In this document: piece by piece, positions 1-12,064 of the stretch
Position numbering within the stretch: position 1 is the first letter of the stretch
Layout: the number at the start of each line of letters is the position of its first letter
Origin: Flaccisagitta enflata
Lineage: Eukaryota
Length of the DNA stretch: 64,000 nucleotides
Assembly: GCA_965153355.1 (NCBI GenBank)
Contig: OZ231126.1
Location: 29,264,001 to 29,328,000 of the forward strand
Reading direction: 5' to 3'
The notes under the pieces: model-generated
The model's database searches: none
What the model saw: the letters and a program-made list of their open reading frames with translations, nothing else
What the model was told of the DNA's origin: nothing
Program-made: the position numbers and the translations under genes

Positions 1-201
1 ATTTCAAAGACTTTCAAACAGATATATGCAAGGAATGTCTCCATTTTGAGTCAAATTTAGCATTTTGGAAGCCTTTCATGAAAAAAATAAACTAAATGAC
101 AGTTCATCTACAATATAAAGGGGGCGCTAATTGGAGGGTAAAAAAGCCAAGTTTTATTTCAATTTCAAAAGCACCCGGGGCGCTTTTTAGAGAAAATACG
201 G
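1..201. mobile_element. Right end of a pogo/Tigger-like MITE (truncated by window edge)
   Basis: Ends ...GGGGCGCTTTTTAGAGAAAATACGG|TA. A related fragment lies at ~51712-51796. Confidence 0.5.
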
Positions 202-210
202 TAACTCCAT

Positions 211-660
211 TTGTTCATTCGTTTATTCATACATAAATTCATTTTCTCATTTATTCATTCATCCATTCTTATTTTCATCAATCCATCCAGCAATCCATTC
301 GTTTATCCAATAATCCATTTATTCATTTATCCATTCATTCAGTCATTCATTCATTCATTCATTCATTCATCTATTCATTCATTCCTCTCATTCCTCTCAT
401 TCATTCATTCATTCATTCATTCATTCATTCATTCATTCATTCATTCATTTCTCTCATTCATTCATTCATTCATTCATTCATTCATTCATTCATTCATTCA
501 TTCATTCAATCATTCATTCATTCATTCATTCATTCATTCATTCATTCATTCATTCATTCATTCATTCATTCATTCATTCATTCATTCCTCTCATTCATTC
601 ATTCATCCATCCATTCATTCATTCATTCATTCATTCATTCATTCATCCATTCATCCATTC
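211..660. repeat. (TTCA)n microsatellite just before an acceptor
   Basis: Direct reading. Confidence 0.95.
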
Positions 661-686
661 ATCGCCCAGTTCTCCTTCTTATCCAG

Positions 687-1151
687 GGTCTTCAATGGGC
701 GATCGGCAAAGGGCTCGACATCTTCGCCAAAGACGACGGCGGCGCCCTTGACAAGAAATCCGCGCTCGATTACGCCGTCGACTTCCGCAAAACCGACTGC
801 CTCGAGATCTTGCTGTCGGAAGCGGAACGACGACGCGCTGCGGAAGTGGAAGCGGAAGCCGCGTCCGCGCAGCAGCCGGCGTCGAAGATGCTCAGCCGCG
901 TGGCCAGCATCAAGAAGACGCTGAGTTTCCGGCAGAATCCCAACAGTCCAGATTTAAGACGAAAATACTCGCAAAAATTGGCGGCCGGAGAAATTGGAGG
1001 CGGCAGAAGTCAAAGTTTGAGACAAAAGCTCAGTTTCAGGACATTTAGAGACAAACAACAGCAACAGCAACAACATCATCGTCAATTCCGTAAAGGGGGT
1101 CTGGATAAAGATGTGACGGCGGAAACGATACTCGAGTTGTCGGAAGTTTGA
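687..1151 (+). CDS. Terminal exon of an ankyrin-repeat protein
   Basis: Acceptor ttcttatccag| opens GLQWAIGKGLDIFAKDDGGALDKKSALDYAVDFRKTDCLEILLS (ankyrin-like), then a basic/Ser-rich tail and TGA at 1149-1151. AATAAA at ~1363. Confidence 0.75.
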   Translation, partial: GLQWAIGKGLDIFAKDDGGALDKKSALDYAVDFRKTDCLEILLSEAERRRAAEVEAEAASAQQPASKMLSRVASIKKTLSFRQNPNSPDLRRKYSQKLAAGEIGGGRSQSLRQKLSFRTFRDKQQQQQQHHRQFRKGGLDKDVTAETILELSEV

Positions 1152-1799
1152 TATTTGGGGATGAGGGTTACAGATGAGGGGGGGGGGGTTACAGAAGAGG
1201 GGTTACAGAATGGTGCTATTCATTTAAGAGAAGGCGGTGTGGCTTGAAGTGTCATAGAGAGGGAGAGACGCGGGCAAATGTTGTATGAAGTTTTTTTTCT
1301 TCATGATATGTGTATATTTGTTTAAAAAACAACAACAAATCAAAGCCGAATGGAAAGCAAGAAATAAACGAGTAAAGAATAACTCAATATCTACCCACAG
1401 CTTGTCCCCAATTAGGGAGATAGCCAAATTGCGAGAGAAGATCTGAGTGGCTTAAAATGATAGGAAGGCGGAAAGAAGCAAAACGTAAGACAAAATAAGA
1501 ATTGAGGGTATGCCCATGGGATGGGAAAGGAAGGTCTTTGTTTTTGTGGTAAAAATGATGGGGTTGGAGGAGAAAAGAAAGGAGCGTTCGCTTGACCAGA
1601 CTTTTCATTTCCAGTCATCATGAGTTTCTAGGATAAAATTTCAGAATAAGAAAGCTCTGAGAAAGAAAAGAAAGATTGAAGAAAGCAAAGAAGGAAAGAA
1701 GAAAGAAAAGGAGGAAATCCGAGTTTTGTGTTTTGATGTGAACGGATATCAGAAATTTAATCAAGTGGACAAAAAAATGACGAGGATGGAGGAGAGGAC

Positions 1800-1801
<2 letters not shown>

Positions 1802-1885
<84 letters not shown>

Positions 1886-1889
1886 AATA

Positions 1890-1952
<63 letters not shown>

Positions 1953-1966
1953 AGAGAAAGAAAGAG

Positions 1967-2037
<71 letters not shown>

Positions 2038-2040
2038 AAA
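1802..2040. repeat. (GA)n/(GAAA)n compound microsatellite
   Basis: Direct reading. Similar tracts occur at 4920-5110, 9110-9425, 11940-12060, 12955-13720, 14750-14830, 15900-16040, 22630-22770, 29625-29700, 30140-30230, 31040-31210, 31405-31520 and 33700-33845. Confidence 0.95.
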
Positions 2041-2156
2041 AAGAATGTTAAGAAAAGCCAGAAGTTGATGTGATTGTTTGACATTGGGAAGTCGATTTGA
2101 TAAGTCTTGAATTATTTGGAGATTTCGGAATGAGTCATAAAAATGGCACCGTTCGC

Positions 2157-2355
2157 TTTTTAGTCGCGTGCTACGTGACTCTGCACCCTGCTTTGATGGT
2201 CCATCTGTACATTCGGCGGTCCGTCGCATTTTACTCTGTTTCTCACTCTTTGACATCGCTGCTCCTGCCCAACTGCTCTAGTGACCTCTAATAAGGCCCC
2301 TGCCCACCCGCACCGCCCGCATGCCACTGAGGTAGCCGTATAGCCGGCCATGGTT
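2157..2355 (+). mobile_element. HINE family A (non-autonomous Helentron/DINE-1-like)
   Basis: 5' TTTTAGTCGCGTG..CGCGACT hairpin, (GTCY)n, 3' subterminal IR and GCCGTGTATCCGGC stem-loop, T-rich ends, no TSD. Other copies: ~5370-5590, 6314-6527, 8187-8872, 10575-10722, 11692-11914, 15198-15559, 15659-15805, 27378-28573, 36935-37075, 51831-51999, 60273-60460, 60645-60804, 61177-61622, 62940-63062. Confidence 0.75.
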
Positions 2356-2680
2356 CATTCATCAGTTAGCAGTCAGCACAGGCCTCTTGTCATTTTTTCG
2401 TTTATCCGTTTCGGTATCTGGAGACCGGAAACTGACGGCCAACAACCGGCATTTGATATTTGGAAGTCGGCTACCCTAAGACTGGAGCAGCCATTGATTC
2501 AAGATTAAATGAAACCATTGATCGTTTGATCGATTTATATTCTTGCTCCACCAGTTCCCATGTGACACGAAATTGGTCACCATAACAATCTCATTAACAT
2601 TTCGGTGCTCGAGGCATATAAATCACAATAGGTTTTGATAACTGATGGCGTTAATGATTGGCCATGATTCATGAACCCCC

Positions 2681-3180
2681 GGTGGGTTGAGTGGTATAAA
2701 GTGGCGTTAGGTGTTTTTTCTTTTTCCCCCAGGGTGGGATTTGATGGACTGTGTAGGTGGGATGAGTGGTATAAAGTGGCGTTAGGTGTTTTTTTCCCAT
2801 CAGGGTGGGATTTGATGGACTGTGTAGGTGGGTTGAGTGGGATAAAGTGGCGTTAGGTGTTTTTTTCCCATCAGGGTGGGATTTGATGGACTGAGTAGGT
2901 GGGTTGAGTGGTATAAAGTGGCGTTAGGTGTTTTTTCTCATCAGGGTGGGATTTGATGGACTGTGTAGGTGGGTTGAGTGGGATAAAGTGGCGTTAGGTG
3001 TTTTTTTCCCATCAGGGTGGGATTTGATGGATTGTGTAGGTGGGTTGAGTGGTATAAAGTGGCGTTAGTTGTTTTTTTTTTCATCAGGGTGGGATTTGAT
3101 GGACTGTGTAGGTGGGTCGAGTGGTATAAAGTGGCGTTAGGTGTTTTTTTCCCATCAGGGTGGGATTTGATGGACTGTGC
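2681..3180. repeat. ~71-bp G-rich minisatellite, ~7 copies
   Basis: Unit GGTGGGTTGAGTGGTATAAAGTGGCGTTAGGTGTTTTTTTCCCATCAGGGTGGGATTTGATGGACTGTGTA. Confidence 0.9.
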
Positions 3181-4310
3181 CCCCTTATGCTTCTTATGTC
3201 AAGCCAACAACTTCTGCCCAGCCGTCATGCATCATCAATGGCATTCTTGACCCATCGAGAGTCCATTGCAGATTGTGACAAGTTGTCACTGTCAAGTGTC
3301 AACTGCTGAGACGTTTTTTTTGCCACATTCTTCGTTCCCCCTTTCATGGTCTCCATGAATGTTTGATAAGTCTTGAGTCAAGCGTGAATATGAGACTGAA
3401 ATTCATCTGCCTCTCCTGCCATAAATGCGGGGGAGTATTTACCAGGTGACGTTCACGCCACGCTATTGTACCTTGTCAAGACTCAAGAGATGGGCTTTCA
3501 CGGAATTTGGGATTTTTCAGTCGCAAACATTGCAGATAGCTTCAGATCATTGGAACAAAACTTTACTGTCGTTGGACTAGGTAATGAAAAATCTTAAAAG
3601 AAAATAAAAAACTGAAGTACTCGCGTTTTCAGCAACGCTAATAGGTTTTCATCATCTCTATCTAAACTATCTAAAGCTATTTCAGTAATTCAACCAGGTA
3701 AGTTTGTATCATGCCGCTCAGGTTTACTTTGATTAAAATTTTATAGTTTTATTGGAATGATCATGAATAATTGCAGATGGATGTTGAGATGGCTTTGCTT
3801 TTTTATTTCATGTCTTGCTATTGAAGAATGTACTGGATTTAATCTTTCTGAATACTCTATGTAGCAAAAAAATCCCTGTTTGACATGCCCATTCCCCCAG
3901 ATGCCTTCGCATTAACATGCACAAATTGATTATGGTGCCATAATATGCAACATGCAAAATATACAAACTGCGAGATCAGTTGTCCTTTGAAACTTTTTCT
4001 GTGTCATCTGCCAAATGTACTGTGCACGTATTATGATTGTACCTCGCACCTGCATGTCTACCAAGTTGATTGTTTTGTTGATTTTTTCACGCTTTTTATA
4101 AATAAATCATATTTATCAAAAACTTGTCTCTGTTAAAGTCAATTCGTTAATTCGAAGGATTTGGAAGCAGGTGATGAGTCATGACATCTTTTGGAAAAGT
4201 TGAAATTGGCCTAAATCACGATATTCATCCTTGAGGCTGATAGTGAAATGAATAAACGTGAATTCACCCAGTTCAACTCTCTTCAACTCACTCTTCCTTC
4301 TTCAACTCAC

Positions 4311-4405
4311 CAGCGTGTCGTTGTCCAACAGAACAAATTTCGAATTGTTTCTCGCGTTGAAAACTTCCAGAGACCCAAAATTCGATTCGTAAACAAATTC
4401 ATAAT
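4311..4405 (-). CDS. DPP4/DPP6/DPP10-family gene, third visible exon
   Basis: CAG|...|GTGAGT, phase 1-0. (D)[31 protein letters not shown] matches DPP4 [31 protein letters not shown]. Confidence 0.85.
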
Positions 4406-4450
4406 CTGTAATTAAAACAAAAAATGGGATTTTTGTTTCATATCTAAGAC

Positions 4451-4496
4451 CAGGGCCGTATGGCAAGGGGCCGCCCTTGTTGGGACACACACCCCT

Positions 4497-4576
<80 letters not shown>

Positions 4577-4742
4577 AGGAGAGTGAGAGACTAGGCTTTT
4601 TTTTACTTAAAACAAAAGATTACTGTTGTCTATAGATGTAGAGAAAGAAAATCTCTAGTTAGATTGATTGTAACACTAAGAAATTGTTGTAACACAAGTA
4701 GGAGGTGGCACCCCCAAAATCACAGATTCCCATACGGTACTG
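4451..4742. mobile_element. hAT-type MITE
   Basis: TIR CAGGGCCGTATGG / CCATACGGTACTG, 8-bp TSD TCTAAGAC, internal (GA)n. Confidence 0.8.
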
Positions 4743-4796
4743 TCTAAGACTATGAGTTTAAAGTTATCTGTAACATTTTACGATTAACAAATTTAC

Positions 4797-4901
4797 CCGA
4801 AATCCATTGGATTCTTTCTGTCCACATTTTGGGTTGAAATCTTGGATCAAAAAGATCGTCCATCGAAATTCGGTTCCCCTTCAACCGAAAGTCACGAATT
4901 T
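4797..4901 (-). CDS. DPP4/DPP6/DPP10-family gene, second visible exon
   Basis: CAG|...|GTAAAT, phase 1-1. EIRDFRLKGNRISMDDLFDPRFQPKMWTERIQWIS ends in the family WIS|D junction. Confidence 0.85.
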
Positions 4902-4915
4902 CTGAAGGGAATAAG

Positions 4916-5014
<99 letters not shown>

Positions 5015-5611
5015 GACGGAGAGACAGAGAGAGACAGAGAGACAGAGAGAGAGAAAGAGAGATACACAAAGAGAGAAATAAAGAAAAACAAAGGGACAGA
5101 GAGAAAGACACGGGAGACAGAGGAAGAGAAAGAGACAGAGAGACAGGCAGACACACAGACATGAAGAGGTACAAAGTGAGAGAACAGAAATAGACTGTAA
5201 CAATGAAAAGTGGAGACAGGAGGGCATGAACAAATTCTCTCTGAGGGACAGGAAAAAGTCTCACATCAATTTTCTTTTTATGGTTTGGGCCAAGAGATGA
5301 CTCCAACAAAGAAGAAATTGTTCTACTGGTGTAGAAAGCAGAGTAAAAGAGGAAGTTTGTAGTTCTTTCTTTTTGTCGCGTGTACTAGACAATATAAGCC
5401 GATTTTCAGTCGTGGACCGTCCATTCAATATCCATCTGTTAAGTCACTGATATCGCGTTTTTATTTAGTCGCAAACTTCGTGATTGTACAGCCCGTTTTG
5501 TTTGTCTGTTGGTCGGTTGGTCGGTCGGTCGGCCGGTCAGTCACAGTTTTTGCATTGATGCTCCTGCCCAAATGTATCGATGCCCCTGTAGTGAGTGAAC
5601 AAAACGATATA

Positions 5612-6541
5612 CCACGCGTATCAAAAAAAAAAAAGACGCACCTTTCTTTTCATTGATAAAACAGATACAAAAAAATGAATAAGATTATTTTTTTTATAGA
5701 AACATTCTCAAAGATTTTCAAAAAATCTTTCAATCTAGACCAATCTCAGGTCTGTATCTCAAACGGTTTAGGTGCTAGAGCCTTCCAAAGAGAAGCTCTA
5801 TTTTGTTGAAATTCACTTTTTACATAGAGATTGCGAAAATAAAAATGCAAAGTTTTCATTCAAATTAATGCCATTTCTAGACGAAGATAGATAGAAATAC
5901 CAGATTGAAACCAAATGAAAGTATTTTTGAAGGGCTTTCTAATGGTCTAGAATTTCGATAGGTTTTATTGAAATTTGTGGTCACAATAAGCTATTCAAAA
6001 GTGCGTCTTTTTACAGTCTTTGGACATTTCGATATTTGTAGATATGTCAGCAGTTTGGCATATCTCAACCCCTTGAGATCACTCATTCTGAGATATTTCA
6101 ACCCATTGAGATCTCTCATTCTGGCACATTTCAACGCGTTGAGATCTCTCATTCAACTGAGATAAATCTTGGACATGAGATATCTCAACATGTTGAAATG
6201 TGCTAAAATGAGAGATCTCAACGGGTTGAAATATCCCAGAATGAGTGATCTCAAGGGGTTGAGATATGCCAAACTGCTGACATATCTACAAATATGGAAT
6301 TGTCCACTGACTGTTTAGTCGCGTGCACGCGACTGTACACCCCGCTTTGTCGGTCCGTGGGTCCATCCGTCCGTCCGTCTGTCCGTTGGTCCGTCCGTCA
6401 CACTTTACTTTTTTGGGGTTTTTGCGGTCTATGGCCTCACTGCTCCTGACAAAATGATCTGGTGTCCTCACTTACGGCCCCTGCCCACCCGCACGCGACT
6501 GGGGTAGCCGTGTATCCGGCCTTGTTTATTGATACGCGTGG
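5612..6541. mobile_element. Tc1/mariner-type MITE with nested insertions
   Basis: TA|CCACGCGTATCAA...TTGATACGCGTGG|TA. Uninterrupted paralogue at ~21478-21907. Confidence 0.8.
6014..6313. mobile_element. Foldback MITE with TTTA TSD
   Basis: CAGTCTTTGGACA...TGTCCACTGACTG, long TIRs, TTTA on both flanks. Confidence 0.8.
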
Positions 6542-7111
6542 TATGTAGATTAATTAACACCATGAGATATCTCACAAAGACGAAATGTTTCATTCCCACC
6601 CGCACATGACTTGGCTACCCGTGTTATCGGCCTCAACCCATCCTCACGAGAGCGCGAATATGGCTGTCTGCTACCAGACCTTATTTCTTTTCAATGAGTT
6701 ACAAGACATGTCATAAGATCAGTCAGCGTTTTGGGTTTGCTGTGCGCTTTTTTCAAGATCTTCAGGAATGACCAATGGGTAATTTCGTAGATTACAATTG
6801 AATGCATTGGAAAGGGCGGATGGATTATCTGTCTGTACCTTGTTTGCGAATTGCGAATGAAAAGCAGGGGTTCAAATTATTTCTAGCTTCTGAGAAGCAT
6901 ATGGGTTTTCTATATATAAACATTTAAGACATTTCAAACATCTCCGAGAAGCGCCGCTCTCCGCTGCTCCACAAATTGAATGCTTGCTGACAAGAAAAAA
7001 CAGCCCCATATCTGGGGAGATACTTTCAATCCATCTCCCCTCTCCTCAGGGTGTTGCCTCTATTCTTTCTTCTAATGCTTTCACCCGAGTAACCCCCAAT
7101 TCAAGGAAAGA

Positions 7112-7457
7112 AACAAGGCCAACGATGCGTCCTCTGTGAATAAACATCTTTTATGAATGGATGAATGAATGAATGAATGCATGAATGACTGAGTGAATGA
7201 ATGAATGAATGAATGAATGAATGAATGAATTAATGAATGAATTTGAATGAATAAATGAATGAATTAATGAATGAATATGAATAAATGAATGAATGAATGA
7301 ATGAGTGAATGAATGAATAATCTTATGAATGAGAGAATGATTTATTTCTGATTAAAATGCTTCTGATTTTTGGAATGTAAGATTTGCATGACAGATAGAC
7401 AGACCAACCAACTTACAGACACGACCTCTTATTGAGATGTGAGGACGCAACTAAAAA
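7112..7457 (-). mobile_element. HINE-like element carrying (ATGA)n
   Basis: Minus strand TTTTTAGTTGCGTCCTC...GAGGACGCATCGTTGGCCTTGTT. Relative at ~16520-16797. Confidence 0.55.
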
Positions 7458-8262
7458 GAACAGGAGAGGAGTGGTTCATTCTGACATTTCAAAGGAAGCA
7501 AAGAGGAAGATGTATACATTGATAGGTTGCCATTTGCCAATGATCGAATTTATGGTGCTGTGGATACGAGAAGTCACCTCCAAAAATAGAGATGAAAATA
7601 AATGGAGGAAAACGAATTGATAAAAACAAATGGTTAAAAACCAAAAGGATAAAAGAGAAGAGTAAAAGCGAAGGAGAGGTAAAACAAAAGAGATGGCATA
7701 GAAACTAATGGATAAAAACAATAGAGAGATCCTTACGCTTCAAAGACAGTAAACACAATCGAGCCTTCAAAGAATGAAGAGATCCTCACACAGTGCAACG
7801 TTCTGAATGATTAAGTGTCAGGTAAATAAAACAACAAAATAAACCGAAACAGATTCGCCTGAGGTTTTTGTTTACATGTGAGTGTCACTTATAGATAAAC
7901 TGATAGATATCTTCTGCGTCAAGCTATCAGTTAGAAAATCTTTTAGTAATATATGGCTGCTCACAATCATCATTTTGTAAGGTTTTGTAATAAGTGTACT
8001 TTTAAACAGTGCTACCCTCTAATAGTTAATCCATTGGCCTGTCTGTGGATCTGTTTAACTGGCATTAATGGGCTTTTGCAGTATCACTTTTGCAGTATCA
8101 CTGCTCTGGTAAGCCTTTCCCATTATTGCCGCTGCCCAGCGTCCACATGCACACAGCTCAGCTTTTTTAGCTGTCTATCTGGCTTTGTTTTTAGTCGCGG
8201 ACTCGCGACTCTGGAACTTACTGTGTCGGTCATTCTGTATGTAACCATAACATAATGTGGGC

Positions 8263-8813
8263 TTTTTGGGCAGCGGCCCCAAAGGGCCGATGTCCTGTAG
8301 AACACAGGGGGGAATTTCCATATGTCCGTCCTTCCGTCCGTCCGTCCTTCCGTCCCCCCCCCGTTGGCCTCAAATCTGGCCTCCCAGCCCTCAAATTTGC
8401 CCTCCCAGCCCTCAATTTAGCCCTCCACGCCTCAAATCAGCTTTACAGGCTTCAAATTAGCCCCCCCCACCTCAAATCTGACCTCCAGACCTCAAATCTG
8501 CCTTCCAGACCTTCAATTAGCCCTCCAAGCGTAAAATCAGCCCTCCATGGCTTAAATTTGCTCTCCAAACCTCGAATTGGCTCTCTGAGCCTTAATTCTG
8601 CCCTCCAGCCTTCAAATATGCCTTCAGTAACCCTAATCAGTCATCTAAAGCCTGAAATATGCCCCCTCAGGACGTATGGAAATTCCCCCCTGTGTTCTAC
8701 AGGACATCGGCCCTTTGGGGCCGCTGCCCTGCTCTCACTCCACTTCTTCACTGGATCACTCCCAGCAGGGCATCGGGTACCGCTGACCATGTGCGATCCT
8801 TGGATGACTAGTT
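8263..8813 (+). mobile_element. HINE family B with ~48-bp IRs and internal 20-21-bp tandem repeats
   Basis: TTTTTGGGCAGCGGCCCC...GGGGCCGCTGCCC plus a 3' tail with stem-loop. Other copies: 27472-27994, 28017-28500, 42075-42745, 63063-63500, 63504-64000. Confidence 0.75.
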
Positions 8814-9309
8814 ACTATTCTGCTCCTGCCCACCCGTCCGCAACTGGGGCGCATTGTATACGGCCATGTTTTCATTAGCCTGTCTAAAGTCAGTATTGTA
8901 TCAGATTTGGCGTCCCGTGCAGAAAAATAACTCCTTTGAAAAACAAAAGAGAGTGTTAACTGTTTAGTGAGTGGATCCGCGTTTCTCGACGTTTCTCGGT
9001 GATAGTAGAAGCCAATACGCGGCCGTTTGTTTACCTGCAGACACTCTCAAAGAAACCACGGAGAGACGTAAACCTAGATGGTGACCTAGATGGTACCCCG
9101 CATCTACTCTCGGTCTCTGTCTGTCTCTTTCTCTGTCTGTTTCTGTTCCTGTGTCTATGTCTGTCTTTGTCTCTGTCTGTCTCTCAGTCTCTCTTTCTGT
9201 CTCTGTCTGTCTGTCCGTCTGTCTGTCTCTGCCTCTGTATTTCTCTGTCTCTGTATTTCTCTGTCTCTGTATCTCTCTGTCTCTCTGTCTCTCTGTCTCT
9301 CTGTGTCTC

Positions 9310-9430
<121 letters not shown>

Positions 9431-9435
9431 CTCAC

Positions 9436-9541
9436 CTGGAGACAGTTTGAAAGAGACAATAGAGACGACGGTTAAGATGGTTGCAATTACGATCGTCGCC
9501 AACACTTTGCCTTTCCATTCTTCCACCTCGTCGGACCTCAT
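9436..9541 (-). CDS. DPP4/DPP6/DPP10-family gene, transmembrane-anchor exon (start ATG tentative)
   Basis: MRSDEVEEWKGKVLATIVIATILTVVSIVSFKLSP resembles DPP6/10 [28 protein letters not shown]. Donor CCAG|GTGAGA (phase 1) joins the 4901 exon in frame. Confidence 0.8.
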
Positions 9542-9639
9542 GACTCCCCCCTCTCTTCAAGACAGGGTAAGGACAAGGACTTGGTTTTAAACTTCTTCTA
9601 TCGGAGACGAACTGAGAAGGTCACGAGCACGGGGTTAGA

Positions 9640-10480
9640 ATTCACTCTTTTTGTGTTGAAATGATAAGGACCTGGGGCCAGATTCACTCTCTTTTGGTTG
9701 AAATTGAAAGGATGCGGAGTTCCGATTCACACTTTTTGTGTTGAAGTGGGAAGAACCCAGGGTTCAAATTCACTCTATATTGAAATGAAAAGGATCCAGA
9801 AATCAGATAAACACTCTTTGTGTTGAAATTGGAAGGTCTCAGAGTTCAGATTCACTCTTTTTATGTTGAAATGGGAAAGACCCGTGGTTAAAATTCGCTC
9901 TGTGTTGAAGTAAAAAGGATCCAGAATTCAGTTTCATTTTCTTTGTGTTGAAACATGAAGGACCTGTAGTTTGTGTTTATGGGTAGGACCTGTAGTTCAG
10001 GTTCACTCCCTTGAAGATGAAACGTGAAGGACCCGTAGTTCAGATTCACTCTCCTTGAGTTGAAATTGGAAGAACTTGGAGTTGATATTAACTCTCCTTG
10101 AACTTCAATGGGAAGGACCCGGAGTTCAGATTCACTCTCTTTATGTGACAGGGGTGTATAAAGTTGAGCATTCTCCCCCCCCGGTGGGGGGGGGAATAAA
10201 ATCAAAGGGTTTGGAGATGGGGAAGAAAATCAAAATTTTGAAAAAAAGAAAAAAGAAAATTTTTGAAGATCTAACACTTTTGGTAGTACCAAAAGGTAAA
10301 ATACAATTACTACAACACAATTTGACACTATTTAAACCAAAAATATACTGTTTTATAGCTTTGAGGGGAAGAAAATTAAAGATTTTGTAATGCGACGCGA
10401 TGCGTCGCGGGGAAGAAAATCAAAGCTCAACTATATACACCCCTGCTTTATGATGAAACGGGGAGAACCCGGGTTTGAAT
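9640..10480. repeat. Degenerate ~40-bp minisatellite
   Basis: Unit ~TTCACTCTTTTTGTGTTGAAATGGGAAGGACCCGGAGTTCAGA, interrupted by a MITE. Confidence 0.75.
10149..10445. mobile_element. hAT-like MITE
   Basis: TIR CAGGGGTGTATA / TATACACCCCTG; TSD imperfect. Confidence 0.65.
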
Positions 10481-11072
10481 TCTTTCCATCACAGGTAGAC
10501 GCGAGGCAGAATGAATCTCAACCAGGTCTCAACCATCGATCGTCTTCGATGAGACCTGAGTTTATTGATGATGAAACACGACCGGATACACGGCAATCCA
10601 GTCGCGGACGGTTGGGCAGGGGCAGTAATGCGAAAACCGCTCGCTATTTTAAAAATCTGACGGACATACCGACATACCGACCGACACGGCAAGGTGTAGA
10701 GTCGCGTGTCCGCGACTAAAAACAAAGCCATGTTAAGCCTTAAGGCAAATATGTGCGCCTCGCTGATTAAGAATGTATGAATGAACGTTTTGTATGAATG
10801 ACTGCATGTATAAACGACTGAGTTAAAATGAGCGTAGGAACTGGGAAGGCAAAAGAGTTGACAGGCATAGAGATTAAAAAGAGACAACGAAATCGGCAGT
10901 TTTGTGCGGTTTTAACTTTTGCGTGACAGAAAGTCAGTCAGACCGACCGACTGACCTACCATTCGGCCGACCGACGGACACTCAGGATCTGTATTGTTAT
11001 CCGTTCCTTCTGCTTGATATAATTCTATCAAGCTATTAACCTCTTTCCGCGCCCCCCTCTGATATCAACCGT

Positions 11073-11587
11073 TTGGGGGCTTCGCATAGCAAAAAAATTG
11101 ATTTTCTTCTCGTCCCGCTAACCCAATACGGAGTGAAAGAAATCATGAAAATGACCGTTTTCTTTTTTTCAAAATTCCTTCATCTTCCGTTTTTGTTTTG
11201 GCCCTAAAGTTTCCTCAGATTTCCCAGAATTCAGCAAAATCCTGTGTAGTCTTGTTACAAAAGGAACAATTGTTAGTTTTAGAAAATCATAATTTTTATT
11301 AAAATGAATTAGAATATTACAGCATAAGTTACGAAAGAGCTTGTGAAAAAGCAGATTATCAATTCTTTAAAGAGCAGAAATTTGTAAAAGCTAATTCAAA
11401 AAAGATCAGCATATTTTTTTATCCCACTGCAATATACAAATTAGGCTTTCAAAAACAATTTTCTAAAAAATGGAAGATGAACAATTTTTGATAAAAGAAA
11501 AAAGGTAAGGGTCCTAAAATTGGCCACTCCACATTAGGTCAAGAGGATGAAAAGAAATAAGCAACTTTTGCTATGTGAAGCACCCAA
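11073..11587. mobile_element. Mutator-like MITE
   Basis: Long imperfect TIRs, 9-bp TSD ATCAACCGT. Confidence 0.75.
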
Positions 11588-11973
11588 ATCAACCGTGGAC
11601 AACAAATGGAGTGTAAAACACAAGTTAAACGCCCCGAAACAACGAAACGACTTCCGATCCCACGACATCGGACAGCATCTTCCTTAATGCCTTTTTAGTC
11701 GCGTGCTACGCGACTCTTCACCCCGCTTTGTCGGTCCGTCCGTCCATCGGTCCGTCTGTCCGTCGGCCCGTCGGCCCGTCCGTCGGTCCGTCACACTTTC
11801 CTTTTTTTTGTTTTTTTTTTTGCGGTGTTTGGTCTCACTGCTCCTGCCCAAGTGATCAAATATGGCCCCTGTCCACCCGCACGCGACTGGGGGAGCCGTG
11901 TATCCGGCCTTGTTATCGTTCACTCTGATCGTTCACTCTGTCTGTCCGTCTGTCTGTCTGTCTGTCTGTCTGT

Positions 11974-12064
<91 letters not shown>

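Noticed and set aside
2157-2355. Dispersed family as a tRNA-derived SINE or tRNA
   Set aside because: No A/B boxes, cloverleaf or TSD; the structure fits Helentron-type HINEs.
2681-3180. Regular repeats as CRISPR arrays (also 9640-10140, 38610-39180, 50075-50595)
   Set aside because: Head-to-tail units with no unique spacers, no cas genes, and a eukaryotic intron context.
8255-8878. 207-aa ORF and similar LRPE/LSGL ORFs at 27400-28500 and 42049-42522
   Set aside because: They arise from the 21-bp tandem repeats inside HINE-B elements.
9446-9566. Plus-strand exon ending AGG|GTAAGG
   Set aside because: The minus-strand reading gives a DPP-family anchor in phase with two further homologous exons.
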